Source: an uncultured bacterium
GTDB taxonomy: Bacteria; DYJV01
DNA length: 57,474 nucleotides
Direction of reading: 5' to 3'
Assembly (NCBI GenBank): GCA_964543655.1
Contig: CAZIZE010000096.1
Location: 1-57,474 of the forward strand
Shown: positions 39,654-51,113 of the stretch, piece by piece
Layout: every line of letters begins with the position of its first letter
How positions within the stretch are numbered: position 1 is the stretch's first letter
Translations under genes and position numbers: made by a program
Notes under the pieces: generated by a model
Databases searched by the model: none
What the model saw: only the letters and a program-made list of their open reading frames with translations
Told to the model about the DNA's origin: nothing

Positions 39654-42431
39654 ATGATTCTTGATAAAATTAACAAATTTGGAATTCAAGTTAAAATCAC
39701 TCTTTCTCTTGCAATTATTTTAATGATTTGCCTTGGCTCTATAATGTTTGGTGTGATTAAATATCAGGAGAAGCAGCTTTATAAAAGAACATATGACAAT
39801 ATAAAGTTGTTTGCTACAACTACCTGGCATGCAAATGAAGAGCTTATGATGACAGGTGAAATGGATAGTGTTGCAAGAAATTTTAAAAATATAATAAAAA
39901 ATAAGGAGATTTTGGATATTATTCTTACAGATAAAAATGGAATTATTAAATATTCTGGTACAGCAAACAATATTGATCAGAAATTGCCTTACTTATCATT
40001 TAAAGATAGTATAAAAGAGATTCAATTTAGAAACAAGCCAGCACTTATTAGTACAATGGTTGTTTATAACACCAAAAAATGTCTTGAATGCCATGATAAA
40101 ACTGCACTTAATAAACCTCTTGGTGTATTTTGTGTAATAAAAGATATAACTTCATTTAAAAAATATCTTGAATTTAACAAATATTTTCTGTCCGCAATTG
40201 CATGGGTTCTTGTATTTTTAATTGGAATATTATCTTCAATACTTTTAAGAATAGTAATCTTGAAGCCAATTTATAATATTAATAAAAAGGTAGAAGAAAT
40301 TGCTGCTGGTGGAGGAGATTTATTAAGAAGAATTGAGGTAAGTGGTGATGATGAAATAGCAACCCTTGGAAAAAATTTTAACACATTTCTTGATAAATTA
40401 AAAAATGTAATTACAGAAGTTATCAATTCAACTGTTGAAGCAGGGAGAAGTATACAGAATGTTTTAAAATCCTCAATAGATTTAAATAAAGTAATACCTG
40501 TTCAAAAAGAGAAAATAGATGAAACTGCAAAAATTATAAACAATGTTGTGGAATCTGTTGATAATATTATAGAAAAGGGTAATATTCTCCTTGAAACAAC
40601 AGAACATCTTAAAAATAGCAATTCTCAAATGTTAGAAGCAATAGAAGGTATTGATAAAGTTTCAAAAAGTGTAACAGAGGAAATTGATTCAAACATTACT
40701 TCCATAGAAAAACTCCTTCAAAGTATTAGGCATGTTGATGAAACATCTCAATCAATAAGTGCATTTATATCTGATGCAAGTTCTAAATTTACAAATTTTA
40801 TAAATGATATTGTAGTGATGCTTGAAAATGTTACAGGAATTTCAAAAGATTTAGAAGTTATGGCACAGAATATTTTGGAGCTAACTCAGAGCTTTGAAGT
40901 AATAACTGATGACATTCAAAATACCGGGGAAATAGCTAAAACATCAGCTAAAAATGCTGAAAATGGCAGAAGTAAAATGGAAAATCTTTTTACAGGTATG
41001 ATTAAAATTAAAGATACTTTCAAAGAAGTTTCCACAACAATTCAGGGGCTATCAGAGCGAGCTGGAAGTATTAATGAAATAGTAAATGTTATTAATGAGA
41101 TTTCTGACCAGACTAATTTACTTGCTTTAAATGCTGCAATAGAAGCTGCAAGGGCAGGGGAACATGGAAAGGGATTTGCAGTTGTTGCTGATGAAGTCAG
41201 GAAACTTGCAGAGAGAACAGCACAATCTACCAAAGAGATAGAGGAACTTATTAAGCAGATTCAGGATGAAACTGAAAAAGCTGTTAAATCTGTTGAAATA
41301 GGAGATAGTATTGTTTCAGAAGGTTCTCAAGTTGCAGAAGATTCTTCAAAAGCAATGGATACAATAGTTGATGGAGCAAAAAAGACACTTGAACTTGTTA
41401 TGAAAGTTGTAGAATCAATGGAGCAGCAGAAAAATGCTGCTGATAAAATTTATGAAGACACATCAGAATATATTAGAAAATTTAAAGAGGTTGCTGAAGA
41501 GACAGAAGGGTCAACCCAAAATGCTAAAGATGTGCTGAATCAGATTGAAGATATTAATTCTAAATTTAACCAGCTTGTTGAAGAGTTTGAAGAGATGAAT
41601 CAAAGTTCAGATCTAATTTACAAAAGCATGGGAAATCTTAAAGATTCAAGTGATAAATTAATAGAAGCATTAAATGTTCAGAAAAAAGCATCTAACATTG
41701 AAATGAAATCTATTAATGAAATAGTTAGTAAAGTGGATGAAATGTTTCAACTTGTTGATAATTCAAAGAGTAACATAGAAAATATAAAAAGTGCTTTTGA
41801 GCAGGTTGAAAATATTACCAATCAGACTATTAACACAATTGAGCTGACAATTAATGAAACCAAAGATGTAGCCAAAGAGATTTCTGAACTTTTCAGCGAT
41901 GTTAGTTATTTTAGTGTAGGTGGATTTGTGGATAATATGAGAGCAATATTAAGAGATATGAAAAAAGAGGTAATTGATGTAATTGAAGATTCTGTTGAAA
42001 AAGGGATAATAACCTATGAAGAGCTTTTTGATAGAAATTATATTCCAATTCCAGATACAGACCCTCAAAAATATCATACAAAATATGATAAATTCACAGA
42101 TGAATATATTTTGCCAATAGAGGATAAATACCTTGAAAAACATGAGAGAATAGTTTTCATAGTTTTACAGGATGATCACTGCTATTTACCAACTCATAAC
42201 TCCATATATTCTAAGCCTCTAACTGGTGACTATGAATATGATCTTGTACACAATAGAACAAAGAGAATCTTTGATGACCCTGTGGGAAAAGCTTGCTCTA
42301 CAAATAAAGAGAAAGAATTTTTAATTCAGAGTTATTTAAGGGATAATGGAGATATTTTATTTGATATTTCAACTCCTCTTTTCTTAAATGGCAAACATTG
42401 GGGATGTATAAGAGCTGGATTTAAGCTTTAG
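39654..42431 (+). CDS. Methyl-accepting chemotaxis protein with periplasmic CxxCH, HAMP, long signalling domain and extra C-terminal domain
   Basis: Two TM helices, CLECH (40080-40094), [42 protein letters not shown]. Confidence 0.93.
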   Translation: MILDKINKFGIQVKITLSLAIILMICLGSIMFGVIKYQEKQLYKRTYDNIKLFATTTWHANEELMMTGEMDSVARNFKNIIKNKEILDIILTDKNGIIKYSGTANNIDQKLPYLSFKDSIKEIQFRNKPALISTMVVYNTKKCLECHDKTALNKPLGVFCVIKDITSFKKYLEFNKYFLSAIAWVLVFLIGILSSILLRIVILKPIYNINKKVEEIAAGGGDLLRRIEVSGDDEIATLGKNFNTFLDKLKNVITEVINSTVEAGRSIQNVLKSSIDLNKVIPVQKEKIDETAKIINNVVESVDNIIEKGNILLETTEHLKNSNSQMLEAIEGIDKVSKSVTEEIDSNITSIEKLLQSIRHVDETSQSISAFISDASSKFTNFINDIVVMLENVTGISKDLEVMAQNILELTQSFEVITDDIQNTGEIAKTSAKNAENGRSKMENLFTGMIKIKDTFKEVSTTIQGLSERAGSINEIVNVINEISDQTNLLALNAAIEAARAGEHGKGFAVVADEVRKLAERTAQSTKEIEELIKQIQDETEKAVKSVEIGDSIVSEGSQVAEDSSKAMDTIVDGAKKTLELVMKVVESMEQQKNAADKIYEDTSEYIRKFKEVAEETEGSTQNAKDVLNQIEDINSKFNQLVEEFEEMNQSSDLIYKSMGNLKDSSDKLIEALNVQKKASNIEMKSINEIVSKVDEMFQLVDNSKSNIENIKSAFEQVENITNQTINTIELTINETKDVAKEISELFSDVSYFSVGGFVDNMRAILRDMKKEVIDVIEDSVEKGIITYEELFDRNYIPIPDTDPQKYHTKYDKFTDEYILPIEDKYLEKHERIVFIVLQDDHCYLPTHNSIYSKPLTGDYEYDLVHNRTKRIFDDPVGKACSTNKEKEFLIQSYLRDNGDILFDISTPLFLNGKHWGCIRAGFKL

Positions 42432-43146
42432 GATGAAGAGTGCATTTTTTCCCAATGCACTCTTTATTTTGTATAAATTGCGTGCATGTAAAGTTGTAAT
42501 TAGCTGGTAAATGTATACCTAATAACTCTTTTGAGTGTTTTGATAAAAATTTTAATCCTGTGAATGCTTCACGTTGACAACATCTTGGTCCTTCTATTCT
42601 GGTAATTTCATTTAAAACTTGTGAACAAAATTTTAGATTAATATTTCTTTCTCTACTTTTAAGAGGTGTTGATTTTATAATAATGGAGATTGCAATTCCA
42701 ATTCCTGATGTTACACCACAAACACCCATAAATCCACAACTACCGCCAGGTATTTTTTTACCTCTGATTATAGCAGATTTAATATCAAGATTGTTAACTT
42801 TACTGCTACAATTCTTATACGAAGTAACTATAACTGCTGGTATAAGTGCATGGTATTCAGGGCCATGCATTGGAAATTTTGAAAAAATTTTTGCTGTAAC
42901 AAATAACTCTATTAGGTCTCTTTTTTCAGTGTTTAATAGAAACTCTTCAGCTTTTTCAATAGGTGTTTTCAAATGGCAGTTATCACAAACAAAATGGCCA
43001 TTTTCGCATTCTGTACTGGTAGAAGTTATTTTTCCGCAGATAGAGCAATTTTTTTCTATTTCTTTATTGTAATAGTGTAACTCACTACCACATATTAAAC
43101 AGCCTGTAGGGAAGATTTTTTTATTATCTGAGCAGCATAAATTCAT
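42421..43146 (-). CDS. Cys-rich protein (DUF5714-like)
   Basis: [49 protein letters not shown]...C; SD AAGGAG. Confidence 0.7.
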   Translation of the reverse strand: MNLCCSDNKKIFPTGCLICGSELHYYNKEIEKNCSICGKITSTSTECENGHFVCDNCHLKTPIEKAEEFLLNTEKRDLIELFVTAKIFSKFPMHGPEYHALIPAVIVTSYKNCSSKVNNLDIKSAIIRGKKIPGGSCGFMGVCGVTSGIGIAISIIIKSTPLKSRERNINLKFCSQVLNEITRIEGPRCCQREAFTGLKFLSKHSKELLGIHLPANYNFTCTQFIQNKECIGKKCTLHPKA

Positions 43147-43194
43147 GCTCCCTTTTTATTAAAATTAATAAAAAATGTCCAGTTAATAATAAAT

Positions 43195-44877
43195 TTATTT
43201 TAAATAAGTATTTTTTAATTCTTGCATTAGTAAAAAAATGGTTTCTGTTTTGGAGACTTTATCTTTTTTGGAAATATAATCAGTTATCTCTTCAAGGGTG
43301 TTGAAATTTGCAAGGTAAAATTCTTTTTCATCTTTAAAATTTTCCTTTTTTTTCCCTATTTCAAAACCAACAATTTGAGCAATTTCTTTGATTCTATGTG
43401 AATATGTGTGTTCTGATAATACTCTTTTAAAAGAATTTTCTCTAATTTCAACGTATTTTTCAGGAAAACTTGAAATATCCCTTATTAAATGTTTCATTTC
43501 ATTTTCATTTGAATATGTTAAAATATCAACTCCTTCAGTAAAATGAAGTGGGAGATACTTTCTTCTATCAACTATCTGAAATGTATTGCAAGCAGCGATT
43601 TCAAATGTCCTTGGATTTACGAAATCTCCATCTGGTGCAATGCCTTCATAAAAATTTGAAGAATGCAAATTTATATTTATAAAAGATGCATTGAAAATTT
43701 TAACAGTTTCCTCAGTTGAAACTCTTCTACCATTTTCCTGAATAAAATCCTTTAATATAATTTCATCTTCCCAGTCAGAACCCCATATTTTAAAATCAAA
43801 ATCAAGTAGATTGCGGAAGAAAATTCTCCTGTTATAATAACCTGCACCTACAAATGAGATTAATGAGCCATATCTCTGCTTCTCCTCTTCTGTTAATATT
43901 AGGGGCTTATGTATTGTAGGCTCGCAAGCAAGTGGTAAATAGTGAAAGTTTCTAACACCAATTTTTTTTAATTCATGAAAAAATTCATCTTTCTGAATAA
44001 CAAAGTAGAAGTCATAAAATGGTGCAAAATATTGCCAATATGTGAAAAGTTTGTAATCTTCAACAAACCAGAAAATAGAAGTGATATTTTTACCTCTTAT
44101 ATGTTTTAAAATTTTATCATTTAATGGTGATTGAGCAATAGCAAACACTATATCAGGCTTAAACTCTTCAATTGCATAAAATACCATATCAGACACAAAT
44201 TCTATAAGTTTTACACGCATATTAGCAACAAATTCCTTTTTCTGCAAAGTTGAAGAAATTAGCTGGTAAGCAGAAAATATTTTATCAGATTCTATTGATT
44301 TAATTTTAACATTGAACTTTTGTAGATTCATTTCCAAATAGTTAATTACAGGAAGTGAACCACCATAAAATGGTTTTACAATTAAGATTTTTGGTTGAGA
44401 AATTTTTGATACTGCTTTTAACCTTATCTTTATTTCATTTAAAATATCAGAATACAATTTTTCTTCTACTTTTAAAGGAAATATTTCTATATTACTATGA
44501 TTTGTAATATTTTCTAAATCCCAGATGAGATTGCTGTTACTAATAATCTCTGTGTAGTCAAAAAAATTTAAACATAATTTGAACAAGCTAAAATCAGGGA
44601 TAAAAATGTGCAATTTGAATTTTGAGATGCACTTCTTTAATAAAAATGGGTTGGCTATGCCAAAGATTAACAATTCTTCAACATCTATCTTGCTTAAAAT
44701 TCTATTGAAAATAGCATCAGCTTCTTTTTCTGGTGAATATTTGGAGAAAAGGAGATTATTTTTAAATTTTAAACTTTTACCTGTTTTTTCATAGGCTACT
44801 GGAAGCTCTGTGTGAATGATGATTTTATAAAGCTCTGGAAAAGTTTTTTCTAAATTTTTTAAGTTCTTTTCAAGCAT
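43195..44877 (-). CDS. CgeB-family glycosyltransferase
   Basis: FWFVED, YLPLAC, SFVGAGYYNR, INLHSS, VNPRTFEIAAC, EHTYSHR. Confidence 0.85.
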   Translation of the reverse strand: MLEKNLKNLEKTFPELYKIIIHTELPVAYEKTGKSLKFKNNLLFSKYSPEKEADAIFNRILSKIDVEELLIFGIANPFLLKKCISKFKLHIFIPDFSLFKLCLNFFDYTEIISNSNLIWDLENITNHSNIEIFPLKVEEKLYSDILNEIKIRLKAVSKISQPKILIVKPFYGGSLPVINYLEMNLQKFNVKIKSIESDKIFSAYQLISSTLQKKEFVANMRVKLIEFVSDMVFYAIEEFKPDIVFAIAQSPLNDKILKHIRGKNITSIFWFVEDYKLFTYWQYFAPFYDFYFVIQKDEFFHELKKIGVRNFHYLPLACEPTIHKPLILTEEEKQRYGSLISFVGAGYYNRRIFFRNLLDFDFKIWGSDWEDEIILKDFIQENGRRVSTEETVKIFNASFININLHSSNFYEGIAPDGDFVNPRTFEIAACNTFQIVDRRKYLPLHFTEGVDILTYSNENEMKHLIRDISSFPEKYVEIRENSFKRVLSEHTYSHRIKEIAQIVGFEIGKKKENFKDEKEFYLANFNTLEEITDYISKKDKVSKTETIFLLMQELKNTYLK

Positions 44878-46070
44878 AGTTTAAAACCTTTTTCCCTTAT
44901 TTTTTTTATTGAACTGTCTGGTCCTATAATATTTTCATAATAAATTCCAAACTTATCAAACGCTGGCTTATAAAGATTTACTCGCTTTTTATGCTCAGTA
45001 AAATAATTTTTTAAAGTATCAGTATCACTATTGTTAAAAAAAAATTTCACACATTCAAAAAGGTCCTGCTCACAAATGTTATCCTTACAATGAAAGTCAT
45101 TGCAGGGTTGATAAAATTCTGTACATGGATAACAGGTTTCATTTGGTGAAAGAATTAAAGCTTTTTCAGTGTAGGGGCCTGTTTCATGGACAAATGCTGA
45201 AGCATAAAACATAGATATAAGGTTAATCCCACATGCAGACGCAAGATGCATTATTCCTGTGTCAACAGATATCAGGATTGAACTTTTTAATAATACTGCT
45301 TTTAAAAGAGGGATATCTGTTTTGCCAATCAGGTTGATTATATCACTTTTATATTCAGGTGGTAAAAATTTTATAAATTCTCTGCCAAATTTTGCTTCAT
45401 TTTTAGAGCCAGTTAAAGTTATAGTTGTATTTTTGAAATATTGTAAAATTAAATGAGCAAGTTTTGCAAATTTTTCTACACTCCATCTTCTAAGCTCATG
45501 GCCAGCTCCAAGATGAAGAGTTATATTATTTTCTTTTTTTAAAATTTTTTTCAAAAAATTTAAATTTTTATTTGAAATTGATTTATTAATGAAAAGATTC
45601 TTTGACTTTGCCTTAATATTAGAAAAGCAGTTAAATAGATCCACAAGGTTAAAAAAATTGCTCTCACGTCCATTCCTAATATTGGAATAAATAAAGTCAA
45701 TGAAACTGTTATTTTCTATTTTAAAACCTTTCTTAATCTCAGCATTAATAAGCTGGCTAAGATAAAGATTAATTAAAGAGTGATTCAGATTAATTAAAAT
45801 ATCAAAATTTTCTCTGTTTAAAGACTCTACAAAGTTTAATAATTCATTGAAAAGCTCAGATAAATTTTTATCTTTAATCTTTTTTAAAAATCCTCCTATC
45901 TCAAAAGGGATAAATTGGTCTATTAATGGTATTTCATTAGCAATTGAGCTATTTTTCTCATCACCAAGAAGAAAAATTTTGTAATTCTCTTTTTTTAAAG
46001 AATTTAACAGCAGAGTTGATTGAAGAATATCACCTAATCTGGAAAGTTGCAACACAAGAGCTTTTTTCAT
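44859..46070 (-). CDS. Glycosyltransferase family 9 (heptosyltransferase-like)
   Basis: QLSRLGDILQ, LGAG...RRW, SVDTGIMHLA, ETGPY. Confidence 0.9.
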   Translation of the reverse strand: MKKALVLQLSRLGDILQSTLLLNSLKKENYKIFLLGDEKNSSIANEIPLIDQFIPFEIGGFLKKIKDKNLSELFNELLNFVESLNRENFDILINLNHSLINLYLSQLINAEIKKGFKIENNSFIDFIYSNIRNGRESNFFNLVDLFNCFSNIKAKSKNLFINKSISNKNLNFLKKILKKENNITLHLGAGHELRRWSVEKFAKLAHLILQYFKNTTITLTGSKNEAKFGREFIKFLPPEYKSDIINLIGKTDIPLLKAVLLKSSILISVDTGIMHLASACGINLISMFYASAFVHETGPYTEKALILSPNETCYPCTEFYQPCNDFHCKDNICEQDLFECVKFFFNNSDTDTLKNYFTEHKKRVNLYKPAFDKFGIYYENIIGPDSSIKKIREKGFKLCLKRT

Positions 46071-46117
46071 ATCTTTTATTAATGCACAATCTTTTAAAGA
46101 AAATCAAGAAATTTATG

Positions 46118-47488
46118 CTACTTTTTAGATTGGTTTTTTAAATCTTTAAGAGTAATACCCATTTCTTTAAATCTTAACTCTATCTTCCGAATGCTTATTC
46201 CTAAAATGTCAGCTGTTTTTTTCTTATTAAAATTCTCTCTCTTTAAGGTTTCAATAATTATTATATTTTCTGCATTTTTTAAAGTTGTGTTATAAGGTAT
46301 TAATATGCCATCTTCTGCATTGCTGTAAGTAGTGGAAATATTAGAGACAGTTAAATCATGTGTTTCAATAAAATCACCTGTTGCAAGGATAACAGCTCTT
46401 TCAATTATATGTTTTAACTCTCTCACATTACCAGGAAAACTGTAATTTTTTAAAACATTAATTGCATCTTCACTAAATCCTATAATTTTTTTATTATACC
46501 TTCTGCTGAAACTTTTTAAAAATATTTCAGATAAAGGCAAAATATCATCTTTTCTTTCCCTGAGTGGAGGAATCTCAATTTTAAACACATTCAGACGAAA
46601 ATAGAGGTCTTTTCTAAATTTACCAGCTGAGACAAGTTGTTCAAGGTTTTTATTGGTTGCTGCTATAATTCTAACATCAGTTTTATAACTTTTTTCACTA
46701 CCAATCTTCTCCACTATACCATCTTCTAAAATCCTTAATAGTTTTGATTGAATTTCATAATCCATTTCAGAAATCTCATCAAGAAAAATGGTGCCTTTAT
46801 CAGCAAGGATAAATTTACCTCTCCTTGATTGAGTTGCACCTGTAAAAGCACCTTTTTCATATCCAAAAAGCTCTGATTCGAGAAGTTCTTTTGGCAGAGC
46901 AGCACAATTTACAGGCAAAAAGGGTTTCTCTGACCTATTGCTATTTTTATGAATAAATCTCGATAAAACTTCTTTACCAGTGCCAGTTTCTCCAACAAGG
47001 AGCACTGTTGAGTCAATTTTGGCAATTTTTCTTGATAAATTAATAACATTCTTCATAGACTCTGATTTATTTACTATTTCAATGGAGAATTCTGAGTCTG
47101 TATTTATAAGGTTTTTTAACTGTCTATATTCAGCTATTTTTTCTATTTGAGATTTTAACTCTTCATAATTTATTGGCTTTAAAATGTAATGAGAAGCTCC
47201 TTTTTTAATTGCATCAACTGCAATTGATATATCTCCAAAAGCAGTGATTAATATTACATCAATGCTACTATCTAACTTTTTTACTTTTTCAAGAAGTTCT
47301 AAACCTGTAATGTTAGGCATTTTTATATCAGAGATAACAAGGTCTATATTATTATCCTTAATATATGGAAGAGCTTTTAGAGGGTCGGAAAATAGAGATA
47401 CCTCAAAATTATCAAGGGAAAGCAACTCTCCAAGAGATTCAAGTGCAGATATATCATCTTCTACAATTACTATTTTAAAATCATTCAT
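46118..47488 (-). CDS. Sigma54-dependent response regulator (NtrC/AtoC family)
   Basis: REC (EDD, SDIKMP, KP), GETGTGKE, ESELFGYEKGAFTGA, FLDEI, PGNVREL, Fis HTH. Confidence 0.95.
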   Translation of the reverse strand: MNDFKIVIVEDDISALESLGELLSLDNFEVSLFSDPLKALPYIKDNNIDLVISDIKMPNITGLELLEKVKKLDSSIDVILITAFGDISIAVDAIKKGASHYILKPINYEELKSQIEKIAEYRQLKNLINTDSEFSIEIVNKSESMKNVINLSRKIAKIDSTVLLVGETGTGKEVLSRFIHKNSNRSEKPFLPVNCAALPKELLESELFGYEKGAFTGATQSRRGKFILADKGTIFLDEISEMDYEIQSKLLRILEDGIVEKIGSEKSYKTDVRIIAATNKNLEQLVSAGKFRKDLYFRLNVFKIEIPPLRERKDDILPLSEIFLKSFSRRYNKKIIGFSEDAINVLKNYSFPGNVRELKHIIERAVILATGDFIETHDLTVSNISTTYSNAEDGILIPYNTTLKNAENIIIIETLKRENFNKKKTADILGISIRKIELRFKEMGITLKDLKNQSKK

Positions 47489-49206
47489 ATTTCACCAAAT
47501 TGAATTCTATAAAGTTTTTTGTATTCACCATTTAATTTTAAAAGCTCCTCATGCGAGCCAGATTCAACTATTTTACCATCTGAAATAACAAGAATGTTAT
47601 CTGCATCAAGTATGGTGCTTAACCTATGTGCAATAACAATGGAAGTTTTGCCAATCATTAGATTATCAAGTGCCTTTTGTACCTCTTTCTCAGATTTTGT
47701 ATCAAGTGAGGCAGTTGCTTCATCAAGTATAAGTATAGGTGCATCCTTTAATATGGCTCTTGCAATAGCTATTCTCTGTTTCTCTCCCCCTGAAAGCCTA
47801 ACACCTTTTTCACCAACAATTGTATCAAATTTATCAGGTAGATTCATAATAAAATCATAAGCATTGGCTTTCTTTGCTGCTTCTACTATATCTTCAAAAC
47901 TTTTGTTTTTAGTGCCATAGCTAATGTTGTTGCTAATAGTGTCATTAAAGAGGATTGTCTCCTGTGTAACAAGTGCAATGTTGGCTCTGAGAGATTTCAA
48001 TGTAAAATCTTTTATATTAATATTGTCAATTAAAATTTCTCCTTTTGTAACATCGTAAAATCTTGGTAAAAGAGAAGCTATTGTTGATTTACCACTTCCG
48101 CTTTTCCCAACAATAGCATATCTTTTACCTCTTGGAAGAGTGAAATTAATGTCTTTTAAAACAAAATCTTCTTCTCTATTATATTGAAACCAAACTGAGT
48201 TAAATTGAATACTATTTTTAAATTCCTTAAATTCAATTGAGCCTGTGTCTCTCTCTTTATCAAGTGATAAAACAGAGTAGATTCTCTCAGCTGCTGCAAT
48301 GCTCTCCTGAATCTGATTGTTTTTTTTTGATAAACCTTTAATAGGTTGATACATCATAAAGATAGCAGTTAAAAATGAGAAAAAATTTCCTGGTGTTGAA
48401 TGGCCTTTAATTACCTGATAACCACCATACCAAATAATTGTGGCTGCTGCAATACCACCAATAAATTCCATTGTAGGCGATGAGAGCGCCCTATATTTTA
48501 ACCGCTTAAGAATAAATTTTAAAAACTTGTTGTTTTCATCAAGAAATCTTTTACTCTCCTCCTGTTCCATATTAAATGCTTTTACCACAGTAATACCTGT
48601 AATAATTTCATGTGCAGAAGTTGTTAGTTCACCTGCCTGCTGCTGCCCTTTTTTGCTAACTGTTTTTGATTTTTTCCCAAGTTTAATAACTGGCAAAACT
48701 GCAAGAGGCAGAATATAAAGTGCAATACTACCAAGCACAGCATCCCTGTAGAAAGCCACGCAAATAAGGCTTATTACAGTAAAAAAATCTTTTATTATAC
48801 CAGTAATTGCATTGGAAATTGTGTTTTGGATTAATGTAACATCGTATAGCAATCTTGCTATTATTGAGCCTGTGGAGTTTTTTTCAAAAAAGCTTAAAGG
48901 AAGATTAACTATGTGTGAAAAAAGCTCCTGCCTTATATCTGTAACTATTTTCTGACAAATGTAACCTATTTGGTAAGTTTGAAAAAAGTCAAAAATTCCT
49001 TTAATTGCGTAGAGAACAATAACAACTACAGGAATAATGTATAACATCTGTAAATCTTTATTAATAAAAATATCATCAAGTACTGGTTTTACAAGAAATG
49101 CAATTGCAGAAGTACAGAGAGAAACAATTATTAAAGAGACAATTGCAAAAAATATTTTATCTTTAAAATTTTTTAGTTTAGCTAATATATTTAAAAGATA
49201 TTTCAT
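47485..49206 (-). CDS. msbA: Lipid A export ABC transporter MsbA-like
   Basis: 6-TM domain, GKSGSGKST, LSGGEKQRIAIARA, ILDEATASLD, IAHRLST. Confidence 0.85.
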   Translation of the reverse strand: MKYLLNILAKLKNFKDKIFFAIVSLIIVSLCTSAIAFLVKPVLDDIFINKDLQMLYIIPVVVIVLYAIKGIFDFFQTYQIGYICQKIVTDIRQELFSHIVNLPLSFFEKNSTGSIIARLLYDVTLIQNTISNAITGIIKDFFTVISLICVAFYRDAVLGSIALYILPLAVLPVIKLGKKSKTVSKKGQQQAGELTTSAHEIITGITVVKAFNMEQEESKRFLDENNKFLKFILKRLKYRALSSPTMEFIGGIAAATIIWYGGYQVIKGHSTPGNFFSFLTAIFMMYQPIKGLSKKNNQIQESIAAAERIYSVLSLDKERDTGSIEFKEFKNSIQFNSVWFQYNREEDFVLKDINFTLPRGKRYAIVGKSGSGKSTIASLLPRFYDVTKGEILIDNINIKDFTLKSLRANIALVTQETILFNDTISNNISYGTKNKSFEDIVEAAKKANAYDFIMNLPDKFDTIVGEKGVRLSGGEKQRIAIARAILKDAPILILDEATASLDTKSEKEVQKALDNLMIGKTSIVIAHRLSTILDADNILVISDGKIVESGSHEELLKLNGEYKKLYRIQFGEI

Positions 49207-49229
49207 GGAAAGTAGTTAACAAAATTCAG

Positions 49230-49790
49230 TTATAAATGCAATGGGAATCTTTCTAAATCAATATAGATAGGTCCCTCTTTTCTTAAAATACTCTCAATAA
49301 GGTAAAATTCATTTATATTAATTTCTGTAAAAGACCTGTTACTGTTTTTTAAAATAAAATCTATAAATTTCTTTTTATTGTTAATATATTTTATTCTCCC
49401 AAGGGTAAGGTGAGGGTTAAATTCTCTGTTTTCAGATGGAATGCCAATAAGTGAAAGATTTTTATCTATTTCACGTTGAAGATTTTTTAGTATAATATTT
49501 TTTTCAATTCCAACCCATAACACTCTTGGATTTTTGAAATTTTTGAAAACTCCCACACCTTTAAGGTGCAGAGTTAACCCACTAAAATTATTTGCCACTT
49601 TAGTTAATATAGATTTTATTTCAGGAATGAGTTCTGGTTCTGTATCACCTAAAAACTTTAATGTAATGTGTAGTTGGTTAAAATTAACCCATTTTATCCT
49701 TTCTGTTGAAAATATATTTTTTATTTCAGAAAAATCATTAATAATATTCTTTGCTAAATTAAGCTTAACTGCAATAAATAGACGCTTCAT
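49230..49790 (-). CDS. thpR: RNA 2',3'-cyclic phosphodiesterase (2H family)
   Basis: RLFIAV, HITLKFLG, PHLTLGR. Confidence 0.93.
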   Translation of the reverse strand: MKRLFIAVKLNLAKNIINDFSEIKNIFSTERIKWVNFNQLHITLKFLGDTEPELIPEIKSILTKVANNFSGLTLHLKGVGVFKNFKNPRVLWVGIEKNIILKNLQREIDKNLSLIGIPSENREFNPHLTLGRIKYINNKKKFIDFILKNSNRSFTEININEFYLIESILRKEGPIYIDLERFPLHL

Positions 49791-50284
49791 ATTTTTTCTA
49801 TTATATCAGATAGTTTATTTAAAATTTCATTTACTGTTTTTAACCTTATCTGATTTCTTTCACCGCTAAATTGGAATTTATATGAGTGTAACTCTTCTTT
49901 TACAATAATTGTGCTATACACAGTGCCAACTGGCTTATCCTCTGTACCACCATCAGGTCCTGCAATACCAGTAGTAGAAATAGCAATATCGCTATTTGTT
50001 AACCTTTTAATATTTTTTGCCATTTCATTTGCACATTCTTCACTTACAGCACCAAATTTCCTAATGATTTCTCCATCTATTTTCAGAAGATTTTCTTTTT
50101 GATAATTGGAGTATGCAACAATTGAGGATTGAAAAAAAGTAGAACTACCTGCAATAGCAGTGAAAAAACCTGATAACAATCCACCTGTGCAAGATTCTGC
50201 TGTGGAAAGAGTGTATTTTTTTTGATCAATTAATTTTTTGATTTTTATTAAAGTTTGCTCAAAATCCTTGAATATATTTTCCAT
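49787..50284 (-). CDS. pncC: CinA C-terminal / NMN deamidase
   Basis: TAESCTGG, GAVSEECA, TTGIAGPDGG, KPVGTV. Confidence 0.9.
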   Translation of the reverse strand: MENIFKDFEQTLIKIKKLIDQKKYTLSTAESCTGGLLSGFFTAIAGSSTFFQSSIVAYSNYQKENLLKIDGEIIRKFGAVSEECANEMAKNIKRLTNSDIAISTTGIAGPDGGTEDKPVGTVYSTIIVKEELHSYKFQFSGERNQIRLKTVNEILNKLSDIIEKI

Positions 50285-51102
50285 TACTTCAACCTCTTTA
50301 CAGCCATTAAAAAATTCTTTTTATTAAAATTTGTATTTTCCATTAACTTTAATGCATCTGTAACTGAGGATTTAGTAATTTTGCCTCTGTGACCAATAGC
50401 AACTTTGACGATTTTTAATGCATAAGAGTAAGGTTGTATTGAGTCATCTGACTTTTCTGGGAACTCTGCTCCTATTATTGGTAAAATAAATTTAATATTT
50501 AATCTCCATTTATACAATATCTTGCCAGTGGTTTCAAGTGAGGAATGACCAATATATTCTCTTTCTATTTTATAAATATCATCTATAGTTTTAGCATTTT
50601 GGACTTTATTTGAAAATTCATCTTTTAATCCACTTTCATTTATAATTTCTGCAATTATAATTTTCCCCAAATCACTTAAAAAAGATGCTGGTACAAGATA
50701 GTCTGAATTTTTAAGATTAAGAGAAATATGCCATATCATCATTAGCCTGTTCTGCTTGAAAGATGAATCTCTAAATTCTTCCACTTTCAAAGAATATGGT
50801 GATAAGTCTATTTTTTTAAAATGGCCTTTAAGAGCCATATCCATTGCAAATGTGAGAATGGTTTTCATTCCTAATAAGGCTATTGCTCTTGAAACATTAG
50901 CTATTTTGCTTGTAAATCCATAGTATGGCGAATTAGCAACTTTTAAAATTTTAGCTGTTAAAATAGGATCAAGTTCCACTACTTTAACTAAATCTTGAAC
51001 AGAGCAAGATTCATCATTGCAAATGTTTTCAATTTTTAAAACAGTATCTGGTAGAGGTGGCAATTTATCTATTTTATCAGCAACTATTTCTGCAAATCTC
51101 AA
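50284..51102 (-). CDS. Stand-alone HDOD domain protein
   Basis: LPPLP, DPILTAKILKVANSPYYG, LSDLGK; TTG start with AAGGAG. Confidence 0.88.
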   Translation of the reverse strand: MRFAEIVADKIDKLPPLPDTVLKIENICNDESCSVQDLVKVVELDPILTAKILKVANSPYYGFTSKIANVSRAIALLGMKTILTFAMDMALKGHFKKIDLSPYSLKVEEFRDSSFKQNRLMMIWHISLNLKNSDYLVPASFLSDLGKIIIAEIINESGLKDEFSNKVQNAKTIDDIYKIEREYIGHSSLETTGKILYKWRLNIKFILPIIGAEFPEKSDDSIQPYSYALKIVKVAIGHRGKITKSSVTDALKLMENTNFNKKNFLMAVKRLK

Positions 51103-51113
51103 AAAATACTCCT

